From the NCBI GenBank assembly GCA_964035545.1, contig OZ037768.1, positions 12,843,675-12,907,674 of the forward strand: 64,000 nt of DNA, written 5' to 3'. Shown here one piece after another: positions 23,845 through 39,264 of this stretch. Below the pieces are notes generated by a model, which was not told where the DNA came from, did not search any database, and worked only from the letters and a program-made list of their open reading frames with translations. Source of the stretch: Bugula neritina (taxonomy: Eukaryota > Animalia > Bryozoa). The first letter of the stretch is position 1, and each line of letters begins with the position of its first letter. Made by a program: the position numbers and the translations under genes.

Positions 23845-25668
23845 ACAAAAATATTTTTCTAGGAGACATGAACATTCCAGAAATAGAATGGCAATCAAGT
23901 CCTCTTAAACAAAATGCCAAACACAAACATATTCATGTTGATTTCCTTGCTTTCCTAAAGAAAATGACCCTCAACAAAGTTCTAGTAAAATTGTCAACCC
24001 ATGTCCTTGATCTGATATGCACCAATTCTCCTAATTTAGTAAATAACGTTGACATCATATCCCCAGTGATAGTGATCATTAATGTATTTAAGAACTTCTC
24101 AACTGGACCAACTTAAGCCAAGAGAACATGTCTCACTACCAAAAGAAATCAAACTCTGCAACCAGGTCAATGTAGTTAAATGCCAAGAAGCAATACAAGA
24201 AATAACTAGCCAACTGGCTGAAATATAACACCCTAGCACTATGTGAAATCACTATACTCAAGGACTAACCAGAGCCCACCAAAACAATATTTCAACAAAA
24301 TTACTGTATATCTAAGATTGACAGCTAGTCAGAATAAAAACCGCGAAAAGACCTGAAAAAAGTATAGACATTTTTTTGCAAAGTTACCCATGCAGAAATA
24401 ATAGTAAAACTGACTGTCAACCAAAAAGAGGGCGTCTAGTAGAAAAGTTGTGCAAACCACTTCAAAGAGGTAATTCTAAACCTTTTTATAAGCATTTCAA
24501 GAATATCAGGTCAAATAAGGATTCTCGTATAAGGTTAATTAACTCACAAGAAAAACTTATCGAAGAAGTGGCCGAGTGCAAAAATTCTAAAGAAATATTT
24601 CCAAACTGAATTATGTTAAGATCAGGAACTTTCAGACAGTTTCTAACTAGAAACAACCGCTGCAGCCACTATAGAGATAACTACTAAAGGTCTCATTAAA
24701 TTAATAAATCGTTGATCAAATTGAAAGTTTCCAGAACCTGATTGAATCTGCAAATCCTAAGTGCTTGTAGATGTAAAGTCAGCATAAAACACATTTTCTC
24801 GCTCAGTGAAAGCTTACGTATGTTACCCCAGTGAACAAAGGCGGAGATAAGCTGGCAGCTAGTAATTATCGTCTTATACCACTTACCGATATTCCATGCC
24901 AAATGATGAAACACATTGTTCTGCATTATTTGAACCAGAAGCTGAATGACTTTCCCCACAACAGACAAAATGGATTCCGAAAAGACATATCTTATGAAAC
25001 ACGACTTGGCACCACATACCATAACCTAGCAAAGACTAAAAAAACAATGAAAACAACACATACTGTAGAACTTCATTTTAAGAAGACCTCTGACAAGGTG
25101 TCTCATGCCCTACTAATGCAATAACTAAAAATAACACCAGATATACATCCACAAGTGGTAAACTGAATTTAAGATTTTTTGTCACATAAAAACAAACAAA
25201 AACAATTTTCCTCTGAGTTAGCAGTTACCTCAGAGGTTCCACAAAGTTTAGTTCTATGTCCAACACTACTTGTAACATACATTAATGTTACTGCAGTGTA
25301 AGCCTCTATGCCGATGATACATGACTGCATTAGGCTGTTGACACAAAAGAAGATGCTGTGAGATTTCAGGACAGCATCAATGAAATTTACAAATGAACAA
25401 TTAATTGGAAAATGCGTTTTAATGAAGGTAAATGCAGAGTTTTAGCTTTTGGCAATCAACATTGTGGACCTCTGTACAAGCCAGGAGAGGTTGAGATGAA
25501 TCGGGTCGACACAAAAACATACCTGGGAGTTGTAATGCAGTCAAACCTTAAATTTGATCAGCATATGACACTTGAAGGATAAAGCCTCAAAAATTTTCGA
25601 AACAATTAAACACGTCCTGCATGAGCCCCCACAGAGAAGATAAATTACTTGCTTACATTAGTTTGTGC
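23845..25668 (+). mobile_element. Decayed non-LTR retrotransposon (endonuclease + reverse transcriptase; CR1/L2-like group)
   Basis: Motifs in the expected order across frameshifts: LGDMNIPEIEW and LDLICTN (AP endonuclease); ASNYRLIPLT, QNGFRK, FKKTSDKVSH, VTSEVPQ, YADDT (25307-25321), FNEGKC, YLGV and KLLAYISLC (RT and thumb region). Confidence 0.88.
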
Positions 25669-26116
25669 TGCTATTACTATTACTACTACTGCTGCTGCTG
25701 CTGCTGCTACTGCTACTACTACTGCTGCTACTACTACTGCTACTACTACTACTACTACTACTACTACTGCTGCTACTAGTACTGCTGCTACTACTGCTGT
25801 TACTTCTACTGCTACTACTACTGCTACTACTGCTGCTACTTCTACTGCTACTACTGCTGCTACTTCTACTGCTACTACTGCTGCTACTTCTACTGCTACT
25901 ACTGCTGCTACTACTGCTGCTACTTCTACTGCTACTACTACTGCTACTACTACTGCTACTAAGTATAGTAACAGTAGCAGCAGCAGCAGTAGTAGTAGTA
26001 GTAGTAGTAATGGCAGTAGAAGCAGTAGCGATAGTAGCAGCAGTGGTAGTAGCATTAGTAGTAGCAGCAGTAGTAGTAGCAGCAGTAGTAGACACTAGTA
26101 GTAGTAGTACTACTAC
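25666..26116. repeat. Fold-back trinucleotide tract: (ACT/GCT)n followed by (AGT/AGC)n
   Basis: Polarity switches at ~25960-25972; the left arm contains a 24-nt higher-order unit. Confidence 0.95.
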
Positions 26117-27645
26117 CAGAGCAAATGAAAGTCACTAGTAACTATTGCATAATAAGTAAAGTGAATCATGTTTCATTTTCAATCTGTGTTATCCAGTGGT
26201 AGTCTATTAAGAATTGATACTAATTATTTAAGATAATTATCATACTCAAATTTTAAGCTTAGATGATTAGCTTATTTATTATATTCATATTGGATATCCC
26301 TCATGACTCATAGTCATACTGATATTCATATTGATGCTCATGCTGATAGTGATACTTATATTGATACTCATGGCATATATAGGCTATGTTATGAAGCATA
26401 TGATATTGCTAGTCCTAGTGTATTTTAAGATAGCTTATTACTATTAGGAAACACTTTGAAATTCTAAATTATACTATAACATTATAAACAATTTCTTTTG
26501 TATGTAATACTTATAATATGTGTAATATGGTCTCAGTGTGGCACATTTTTATTTTAAAAAAAGGCTGTCATACTTTAGGAAAACTTATACACTTATCACA
26601 AGTTTAGGCTTAAAAGTAAGTTAGACTGCACTTCACATTTACAGAGCAGATTTCAAATCACAAGCATTGACAAATAAAATGGGCATTTAGCACATCGCGA
26701 AGCTATGATGCTGGGTGAATTATTTTATTGTCGATGGCTTGCTCATTGCCATTAGCTGTCTCTCATATCATCATGTTCTCTTGCTGTCTACCATTCACTG
26801 ATTACCAATTCTACAGCTAATGCTCTTTTCACTCACAGCTTTTGCCTACATGGCAAACAGTTTTGCAGCAGTTGATGAGGGACCATGGGTCTTTTACTAG
26901 TAAGAAGAAATCATACTTGCATTTTAAGGAATTATAGACGGCGGCGAGATAAATGGTTATGGAAATATTTAAGCATTACTAAAAGTTATTAAATATTTAC
27001 ACCTAAAACATCTAATTAAGTGTGCCCATTGTTATTAATGCTTTTTAGATGTCCAAACACTGACTCAGTGCTGAAAAGGTACTGGAATGTTTAAACCATT
27101 TCAAGTATCAATAGCTGTATTTTATAATGTTTTTACACTTTCTCTTTTCTCAACTGTTGATTATTTATGGCATACCAGTGTCTAAGCATGATATTTTATC
27201 GTTTACTTTAAATACATTCTTTTGATAAGGAAACTTGTCTTCAAAAGTCTAGCTAAGTGTATAGACTGCTCAACTGATCTGGTAAATCATTTGACCAAAT
27301 TGATCAGGTGATTTAGACTTTAGAAATTATTACTGTTCATATCCAACAAGTACAATTCATGGTTCCTCAACATTTATTCACGCAAGACCATTTATAAATA
27401 TTTGCCATAAAAAAATTGCTCTGATTTTCACAGTAGCTTTCATGAGTTTTGTTGTTCACTGTTAGCTACAAGACCAGTTCACTATTTGCATATTTTACAA
27501 GCCAATTGAAATTATGTTAGATTTCTTCGACAAAAGGCAAGGAGACAGAATTTCTGAGCTTGGTTGCATATAGCTGTGGTTTTCTAGTTCCAAACTTTTG
27601 GAATAACTAGCTATGACTATGTATTCTTATAGGAAAATTTCTGGA

Positions 27646-30090
27646 ATGGAGAAGCCAAAAATCACAATCTTTCCTTCTGCTAAATCGGAACTTCCATCCT
27701 TTGACCCTGATTCTCTCACAATTTTGGTCAGTAATCTTACTAAATGCTATCAAACTTTTCTTGAGTTTCAAAATCTAAGCATTAGAACCCAATTTCTTAT
27801 TCTGTGGTAAGGCTTATTTAAACTAAATTTATTTCACTGCTAATTGCAGGCATATAGCAAGTTTGGTCAGGCTAAATTAGACTGGAAAACAGAAAACTTT
27901 GGTAGACTCAAGTTTCTTGGCAATACAGGTATTGCTTATTATATATATTCCATGCATATTTTGTGGTGGTTAACACGTTGGTGCAGCAATATTTGTGCTT
28001 CAGAATTCTCAAATGTATATACTAGTATTAGCTGTTGTATGCGCTATGCACTTCAGTGATTCTCAACACCTCATTTCAGGCCCAATTCCTTCGTTAGTGG
28101 AAGCATCGAAGACTTCTGAAGATGTAGATTCTATAATTGATGCTTTAAGGGAATTGGTAAGCCAATATGGATTGAGACATAGTGGCTTTGAGAGACTTAC
28201 TTCATGTTAGCTGAAAATCTTCTGAGCATATTTTATATACAATCAAATTTTTATTTTGTTTACTATTTTAGGGCATATAAATCTCTGATTTCTTGATTTG
28301 TTAAAATATACGTAGATTTTCTAAATACATTGAAGCTTATGCTTAACAAATGTATTGCAGCAATTTTTAGCCCGTATCATGTGTTTATGAGCGTTTATTT
28401 AACATTTACTAATCATTGAATTCTGTAATATTATTTGCAGAAATTTGGTACAGATTTCCACCTTTCCCAGAAACAGTGTGCGGACACCCTGGCATTTTTA
28501 GAGATGATGAAATACAAACTGAGGCCTGCAGTGGTAAGATATATTATGCCAGTGTATTTATATTATAATAACCATTATCATGTTTTACGTTCTTTAAACA
28601 GTATTATAGAGGAATTGCATGGTGATTTGCTTTTTTTTTACAAATCAGATGCATACGTTTTGGCTTGAAGAAGTAAACTATTGTGAACTGATCAGGGAAA
28701 TGTATGCCACCTGTTTTTCTCTGCCATCATCTATTTTCTACCCAAGATGGAGACGTCTGGCTGCAATAGACTATGTCTACACTTCTGAAGGTGGAAACAT
28801 GGACTGTATTGACCAGAACGATGTTGAACATAAGGTTGGTATTATAAATTTGCAAGCTTCTGTTACTAGGTAGTTATGAAGTCAATTTGACTAATAAATT
28901 AATTTAAACTCCAAGTTACGCTTAAATAAAAAATATATATTTACATTACAATAGGTCACAGTTTCCTATATGGAAAACTTTTGAAGATACAGGAGTGAAT
29001 TTCTGATGTGTACAATTTTCTTATATATGCGTTACTTCATGTTAAAAAAGCTTGGTTGTTGCAAACATACTATTGTCCTCCACATGCTTTGTAACATTTA
29101 AATTTAATAAATTTGCATGTTGCCAATAGAGATCAGTAAAATGGGACAGGTAACAGTATGGGGAAATTGCACTTTCAAATCGGGCCAAAAATATTGGTAA
29201 CCCCTGCACTAGTTGATACTACTCTGAAAACACTTGCCGTGCCACCTCTTTTGTAGATATATACCGATGCTGTGTTTTGCATTAGCTACCTTGCTGATAA
29301 ACTGGGCGAACAAGACTTTCTGTGTGGTGACAAGTGAGTTACTTCTCTCCTACAGATATGGATATAAGCTGAAGCTACTGTAGTTTTTATTATCTTTCAA
29401 AATACACAGCCATTTCACTTTACTTTGCTTCAGGCCAACAACAGCAGATGCGGTCATGTTTGGTTATTTAGCACCCCTTATGAAGCTTCCACTTCCAAAG
29501 AACAGATTGAAAGAGTGCTTAGGAATTCATGAAAATCTTTCTAATGCTGTTGATCGAATTCTTAAAAAGTATTTTATGGCTTCAGGTAATATAAGCAAAT
29601 GGCTATTATTTCATTTATTTGCTAGTCTCCCAGTCATTAGAAATTATTGCTATTGTAAATTGCATGCATTAAGTATTTCACATTGTGTCAGTGTATTTTA
29701 CCCCTGTATAAATTGCTTCTATGCTGCCTAGATAGGTAAATTGCTGTTTTCACTTATTTTACATGACTCACACACACTCATCCAATTATTATTATTGGTG
29801 CTTAAATCAAATATTCCACTGCCATTAGTTACACTTGTTATCGCTCATTACAGATAAACATAACACATACTTCTATTTCTCTAAAGAAATCTGGTTTTCC
29901 ATTTGTTAAACATGACATGATTTTTGTAGAAAAATCTAAGACTTCAGTAACATGTTGTGAAGACCAGGAGTTCCCAAATGAAAGGAGAAATGCATTTATA
30001 GCTATTGTGCTTGGACTATCAGTTATAGTTAGCTATGCACTTGTCAGAAATGTGATATCTTTTCAAATTAGTGATGATCCAACTGACTAA
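27646..30090 (+). CDS. MTX1: Metaxin-1/3-like mitochondrial outer-membrane SAM complex subunit (~301 aa, C-terminal TM helix)
   Basis: Frame-consistent exons 27646-27726, 27850-27928, 28080-28156, 28441-28533, 28649-28834, 29257-29333, 29434-29585, 29930-30090 (906 nt). Motifs [57 protein letters not shown], and TM tail RRNAFIAIVLGLSVIVSYAL. Confidence 0.9.
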
Positions 30091-30310
30091 AGACAACCGT
30101 GTACATTTTAATTATAATTTATTATATTTTTCACAGATCTGTAAACATACAAAAATATTAAATAGTTATTGTTTGCATCTAGAATTTTGTACATCACAAA
30201 TTAATAAACAGCTGTTGACAACTAGTCGCATATGTATGCTGTATTGTTATTGTTAAGTATAAATAATTTCCTTTCAATGCTGATGAGATCAACTAACTTC
30301 CAAGCTATTT

Positions 30311-32265
<1,955 letters not shown>

Positions 32266-33589
32266 TAGAGTGAAGAATAGCTCAAACTTGTGCCAGTAAA
32301 ACAAGACAGTCTGTGATCATGAGTATTCAGTGTTTCCTGAGATTACTGTAAGCCTAAAAACACAAACCAATTTTTTTTAAAATTGAGACAGTGCGACAAT
32401 GTAACAACTAGTACCCGAGTTTATATTATTTTTTACTTATAAGTTTCACTTATTCATAATGTTGATAACTACATAGTTATACTACTGATAATAATTGCAG
32501 ATCATTTCATAATAATGCTCAATACAACTTCAGGCTCATGGGCATTATTTTTAAAATTGAGACAACCTGTGGTTCAAAACTGCTAGAAACTGATAACCTA
32601 ATTTCCTCCCATTTTTTATTCTATACTAAGGGCTCTCTGACCCATAAACTGTTATGTCTTTGCATTTTCATGTATGCTTAACCCATTTCAATTCAAATTT
32701 AAACAGAAATTTGACCTCTTCATTTAAAAAGCCGAAACGTCACATAAAACCAATTTCGGCCAACACCATAAAAAATTGAAATGTCTACTTGGTCTTTAAA
32801 TCAGTGAATTCGTAAATGAAGATCAACATTGCTTACACCTATCAAAAGTTTCAGTTTGCACATCAAAATCTAGTGAGTCTGGTTTTCTAGCTACTAGTTT
32901 AACATATCATTGGCCTATGTTTTGAAAACATCAGAAATGTGTCTTGTGATTCGCTCTCATACTATAACTACCAATCAATTTTTCTAAAAATAAAACTTGA
33001 CTCATCAGCAAACAAAATCAACTAGAACACAGATTGCAGTTTAATTACTAATTTACATACAACATGAACATAACTTAACTATAAGCTGTTATTATTGTTC
33101 TGTATTACTTGTCATTTTTATCATATCTTATTACTTATAATTTGTAACTACTATTAGCATTACTTGATTATTTGTTTCATATTTAGGTTTAAGTAAGAGG
33201 TAGAGCAGAACCTGAAACAGTCAAAGTGAAAGTGCTCAAAAATAAATTCGAAAATACTTAATTTAAAATCATGTTGAATATAGTGTGAGCCAGAAAGAAG
33301 TATTTTTTTCAGAATTTAATACAAGTATGAGTATTAGGATGGTTATGAATATAAATTTTATAATGGCAATACAAAAAAATTAAAATATTTAAAATTTAGC
33401 AGACCTAAGATGCTTCACAGTTAAATATAATGCTATAAATGATTGAAGAGCATCCGCATATAAAAGTTTGTATTATAAATTAAATATTGTAGTATAAATA
33501 TTTATATCAACTGTAACTCAAACTGTAAGCGCATAAAACTTTATCAATAAATATTAGAAATATAAATGAAACTTAAGTTTTTATTTAAT

Positions 33590-36500
33590 TTCACAACAAC
33601 TAATAACTACTATTAGACTTAGTAAAATTTATGTTACTACAACTATACTGATACTCATAATGATACTTGGTTACTGAAAGTGTATAGACTATAGCGATAG
33701 TAATAGACATAGAGTATAACCATAGTGTTAACCGATGACTATAGATGGTCACTATTATTATAGCTATAAGACTAAGTACTAAATACTAGAAGTTTTAATT
33801 TTATTAACTATTTAACTTCATCAAGTATCACTATTTATACTAGTATAACTATAATTTTAATTAAAACTAAATTAGTAAATGTAATAGCTATTCCTTGTAC
33901 TTATAGTAGTCAGTAAAACTTAATAACTATTACTATTAAATATACTTATGAAATTAAATATAAGTATGAGTAATAAGCATAACCATGACTATGAATATCA
34001 CTAATCATATTGATATTTATAGTTATAGTAACTATCACTATGAATATTCATTTATTATCATTATCACCATGATCATGCTTACAAGCTACAGTTCTATTGA
34101 AATTCACCTTGTCAATGAACCCTTGCCATTGTGATTACAGTCTTAGTCTTATGACACAAACAGATATTTATACTGATAGTTATACTCATAGCGAGTTAGT
34201 TATTAACTTATTGTAATTGTAACACTAAATCTAACATTTTATCGTGATTGTTTATATCTATAATGATAATATAAATATCAATTATTAATTATCAATAATA
34301 AATTATTAATTCAATAATAATTACATCTACTTATTACTTATAGTAATGTCATAGTTATACTGTTGGTGTAATAATTGAGTATTACTATTAGTATTACTAA
34401 TTGTAATAGTTATTTGACTTACAGCTAGTGCTACTGTTACTGTTGGTGATTACAGTTGGTGTTACTATTACATTTAACTTTATTGCATTACTAATACTAA
34501 TAATAACAGTAATACTATTACTATTAGATTTAGTATTACTATTCGTAATACTTACTATTAGTATTGCCGTTAGTATTAGTATTACTATTACTGATAATTA
34601 TTAAAATTATTATTAATAAACTAAAAGTAAAACTTCAACTAATGAAGTTGAACTAGTGAACTATGAGTGCAAATACATCTACTAACTCTGAGAATCAGCG
34701 TCTCATTCAGAGCCAGAGTGACTGTGAGTCTCAGTCTGACAGTGATATAACAAATATAATTATAAAGATAATATTAATTAATTGCTCGGCATTCAGCAAG
34801 CAATATGAATAAACACTACTATTACTCAAATTATACTATTATTATTAGTATTACTATTAGAGTAATTACTAGTATTAATATTACAATTAAGATTTTCATT
34901 TTGATTATCATTATCTGATGTTATTCATATTGTAAGTGTAACTGTAAGCCTAAGTCAACGTAAGTGCAATATTAATATTTTTATTCATATTATTATTTAC
35001 ATTTGATTATTATCAACTTGAAGTTTAACATCACACATAATCATGATAATCATAATGACATTGATATTGACTTAGTCACTCACACTACTAACTACAGTTT
35101 TCTCCCTCGAAGCAATAGAGATTTGAGGATACCACCTCATAACACAAACTCAGCTTAGCTATCACTATGACTATCACTATGATACAGTGACTATGTGCTA
35201 AAATCCCTTTACATTACAATTAAAATATCCAAATTTAGCTACATGCTTACATGAAACAGATACATTTCAACACATGATGATGATAAACCCATACAAAAAC
35301 AACATAAGCATAAGTTATTAAGTATATCAACCTTCATATTGAATATCAATATAAAGATTTGTTAAATCTGCTAACTTTTAACCGCTTCAGTTGTAGCTAG
35401 TAGTAGTAGTATTAGTATTACTAAGAAGTTCGTTTAGTTTTAAATAGAAAGTTGTTGGAAGCAGCACTAACAAGGTGGCCACTGAGTGCATTGGTTCGTT
35501 GTTTTAGTTCTGAAGTCTCTACGTTCTAATGAAATTCTGCACTTTGTTACTCCCAACTCGAATGTTGCTTCTAAAAATAGTATACGTATCATTATACTTT
35601 TAATAAGGGGTGGGGATAACTCTTTGCTAACATTTGTTACAGGTTTGGAGATGAGCGTACAGGCTTGCTCTTTGTTACAGAAGGTAGAACAAGTTTCATT
35701 GCGCCAGGGTTTTGAATTTAAAACTAGTATTACTATTGGTTATAGAAAGTATTCATATTCATATTCAATTTCATGGTCATACTGATAATATTCGTAAAAC
35801 AAAAATATTGTAAAACAAAAATTAAGGAAAGTTTTTACTTTTTTTTCAAGGCAATTGAACAATTTAAGATATAGCATAATTATTGGTCCTGGTTCTTTTA
35901 AATTTACAAACTTAACAGGTAAAACTAAAGGGTAGAGGCTGATTAATTTGATTTCTGTTCTTTACGTTTATAATTATAGTTTAAGTTATACTTATACTTA
36001 TAGTTCTAGTAATATTCTAATAGACATAGTAGTCACATAGTAATAGACAATAGTAATAATGATAATTTGAATTGATATTAATATTATATTTAATTTTATT
36101 CATTATCACTAATCATAATTATAATAATTAATAATAATAATATCAATATAATTATCATTTAATGTATTTCAATTTGAATTTGTTCAACTTTCACTTTAAG
36201 TTTATCACAGAACTCCATCGAATCATCGTGATCATGAACTTCAAGCTCAACTACATGATGATGATCATCATCATGATCATGGTGTAGTTGAATTTGAAGT
36301 TGAACTTCAACTTGTTCACAGTTACAATTTGGTGTTGGTCAACATGGCCATGAGCAATAACATAAAATTAAAAGCTGTTGGCCTTAGGCTAGGCGCCTAC
36401 GCTTCCTTCATCCTGATCCTGCATCAGTCTGAGGCTCAGCATGAGCCTAAAATTGCGTATAGTCACTGCCATAAGCATAAACTTGAAGCTGTGCATCAGG

Positions 36501-36750
36501 CTCAGCATGTGAGATTTGATAATTATGTTAATATTTATAATAATAATATAAATAGTTTGATCTTTGAATAATTATTGTGATGTTAATGATAAAATTTATG
36601 CAATATGATTGATAATGATAATGAAAATTACTTCAGGTTCATTCTAAATTTGTGCCAATGTTGTTGTTAATATTGGTTTATAAAACTGTTGATGTTTAGT
36701 AATTATAATAACCTATAAATTATGTAATTTGTTTCTAATAATAATACTAC
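33590..36750. repeat. Multi-kb patchwork of degenerate 3/6-nt-periodic low-complexity DNA
   Basis: e.g. tatgag...catgac tatgaa tatcac taatca tattga; attactattagtattact; gatgatgatcatcatcatgatcatg; gttgaatttgaagttgaacttcaactt. Confidence 0.7.
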
Positions 36751-36753
36751 TGA

Positions 36754-38095
36754 GCGTAAGGCCAAACGACGCGATTTACTCGCGTGTGACGTGCGAGAAA
36801 ACTTGTTTAGACCTGCCACACACAATGCGTGAGTTGCGATGCGGAAATTTATTAGCTAATGATCTTGGAGTTTAACTTTACTCCTTGCCTGCAGACGTTT
36901 GTTTTTATGGGGTCGACAGACTACAGTCGAAACTGAACTGTGAACGCGTTTATGGAGCTGCTTGCGTATACCTTCAATGTCACGTCCTACTTTTTACTGG
37001 TCACACTACAAACGCTGAACGCCAACTGTCTCTAGCCCCGCAGTAAACTTTTAACTAGTAGAAAGGCCGTAGGTTAGTTTCTGCTGTATCCACAGCAACC
37101 AACAATCAAATTTAGCGCAATTTATTGAGATTTACAAGCATAATTCATTAAGGTTTACTAGTTATTTTTATTCTAATTTACTAGATCCAATTATTCAAAA
37201 TTACTAGCTTCATTTAATGAGATTTACTAGTTTTATTCAACCGCATTTACTAGCATAAAGAACTAAATATGCTAATAAAATCCAGCCAAGTTAGAATAAC
37301 CAAAAATGCTAATAAAATTCAGCCAAATTTATCTACTAAATACTTATTTTCATAATTTATTAACATTTGCATACATGACTTCATCATAATATTAAGTAAA
37401 ATAATATAGTTTTCGAAAAACCAAATCAAATAATGTTCGCTAGTAGCACGCAAAATAAGTAAAAGCATTTAGCCAATCAGAGCTTACCCGCCAGTCAGTA
37501 ATTGGCTGAACGCTGAAGTTGAGCGTTCGACATGTCAAACGCTGAACGCATCGCGAAAAATTGACAGTTGCGTTCAGAAATTAGACAGTTGTGACGTCAC
37601 AGAGTTCGACGCTTAGCCTCGAAAATGCGTTCACAGTTAATTTTCGACTGTAGTCTGTCAGGCACAATAAACTACGTCATTGGCAAAATATTATAAAAGC
37701 GGAAATGCAAACTATATGAAACTGTTTTAATTCAGTTTGCTAAAAGCTGAGCAAGAAATGCAGAAAGCTTGTGCGGGTTTAATTCAATTGGCTGATTACC
37801 GTTTAGCGAGTACACTTTTTTTATTTTATTTTGCGTTTTAGTTTTTAGCAAACTGAATTAAAACAGTTTCATATAGTTTGCATTTTTGCTTTTATAATAT
37901 CTAAAGTCACATTGCCGATGACGTAAGTTTAAAACCAAACGTCTGTAGACGAGCAGTAAAGTTGAACTCCAAGATCATTAGGTAATACATTTCTGCACCC
38001 ACAACACATGCACTGAGTGTGGCAGGTAGCTCACGAGACGTGTTTTCAAAAAATTGAACCCGTCTGAGGAAATCCCGCATCATGTGGCCTTACGC
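36754..38095. mobile_element. PIF/Harbinger-like long-TIR MITE (same family as 5679-6098) carrying a nested insertion
   Basis: Ends gcgtaaggccaaacgacgcg / catcatgtggccttacgc. Inner inverted arms (aaaagcggaaatgcaaactatatgaaactgttttaattcag / ctgaattaaaacagtttcatatagtttgcattt) also occur at 5860-5905. Confidence 0.8.
36908..37666. mobile_element. Nested MITE
   Basis: TIR core gacagactacagtcgaaa...aactgtgaacgc / gcgttcacagtt...tttcgactgtagtctgtc. It splits the left arm of the host MITE. Confidence 0.8.
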
Positions 38096-38186
38096 TAAGA
38101 GTTTAACTAGCAGTTACTGCTGGTGTGACCGTCAAAATTATAAGTATAAATTTTAATGTCAAGTATAACAAGTATGAGTTGGAATT

Positions 38187-38420
38187 GGGTCATTTTACCT
38201 AATTGTGTACACACTGAATATCTTCAGTTTTTGGCTATTTTTCACAATTTAGCTGGTAATGAAGCTAGTAATTTTGAATAATTGGAACTAGTAAAACACC
38301 AATAAATACACCTAAATAATCCAAGTTCTTTATAATTTTGCTTCATTTCCCATGTTTTTCTCTAATTATTCAGCTAGTTTTGGTTACGGACCGTTACGGT
38401 TTTTTCGTAACAGTCGGCAC
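38187..38420 (-). mobile_element. Dispersed repeat with terminal hairpin (copy 2, inverted relative to 820-1063)
   Basis: gggtcattttac...aataaatacacctaaataatc...ttttgcttcatttcccatgtttt...cggaccgttacggttttttcgtaac. Confidence 0.75.
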
Positions 38421-39264
38421 ATATAGAATATTAAGTGCATATGACAATGGCCTGTGCTTTAATGTTGGGGAATCCCCTCCCAGCCTTTTCTGTTATGCGT
38501 AGTTAAATCCAGCACATAAAAATACCATGTATAGTAAATTTCAATTGATTTTGAGCAAACTTTAATGCTAGGTCATAAGTTGCTGGTGTGTACTAAATGA
38601 AGTAAACTGACTCAATTAAAATTTAAACTCCAATTTATCATACTATAAGGAGTCTCATTGCAGGACTCTGAAATAAACATCATTTTGCTGTCGCTCTGCT
38701 TTACGCTCACCAATTACTACCCCTGTGAGTGTCTTTAGGATCAAAGTTTTTGCTTTGAAATTGAAAAGTGTTTTTTGTTTGTTTTAGAGCACTGTTACTG
38801 GTGCCTCATTTATTGTTGAATTCACATTCACTCACACTTGGTAACTGTGACTATCGCTATTTATATCAGGCTATTAAAGAGTATTTATTATAGCTTTTTT
38901 ATCATTAGACTTGACGTTCATTATATCATGTCCGTTAAATTTACATTAGTGTGACTATTATATGATAATAAATAAAGGGCGTTGCCAAATATTATTTTCA
39001 TCAATATCCTATCATGTATATGCGTAATGTAATAATGTACATGGTATATTTAATTAAAATAGAGAAATTGGGGTGGTACTGTTTCGATCTTCTCTTCTTA
39101 TCTGTTTGTAGCTGATGATAATAAAATTAAATAATGGAATCTCTACAATTTAAAGAACTAGAGTTTTCCCATATCGACCTAATTTAATGGTGTGCTTGTA
39201 AAAAAATTGAGCTGTCCTTGTGAAACATGGGAATGAATTATATATTTTTAGACAGTTGAATAAT

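Noticed and set aside
25645-26138. Four long poly-Leu/Ser/Thr/Val ORFs
   Set aside because: By-products of a stop-free trinucleotide tract on both strands; no independent coding evidence.
27620-27646. Acceptors just before several start codons (metaxin, SMIM7, receptor gene) suggesting SL trans-splicing
   Set aside because: Ordinary 5' UTR introns explain this; a plausible upstream cis donor exists for SMIM7 near 32835.
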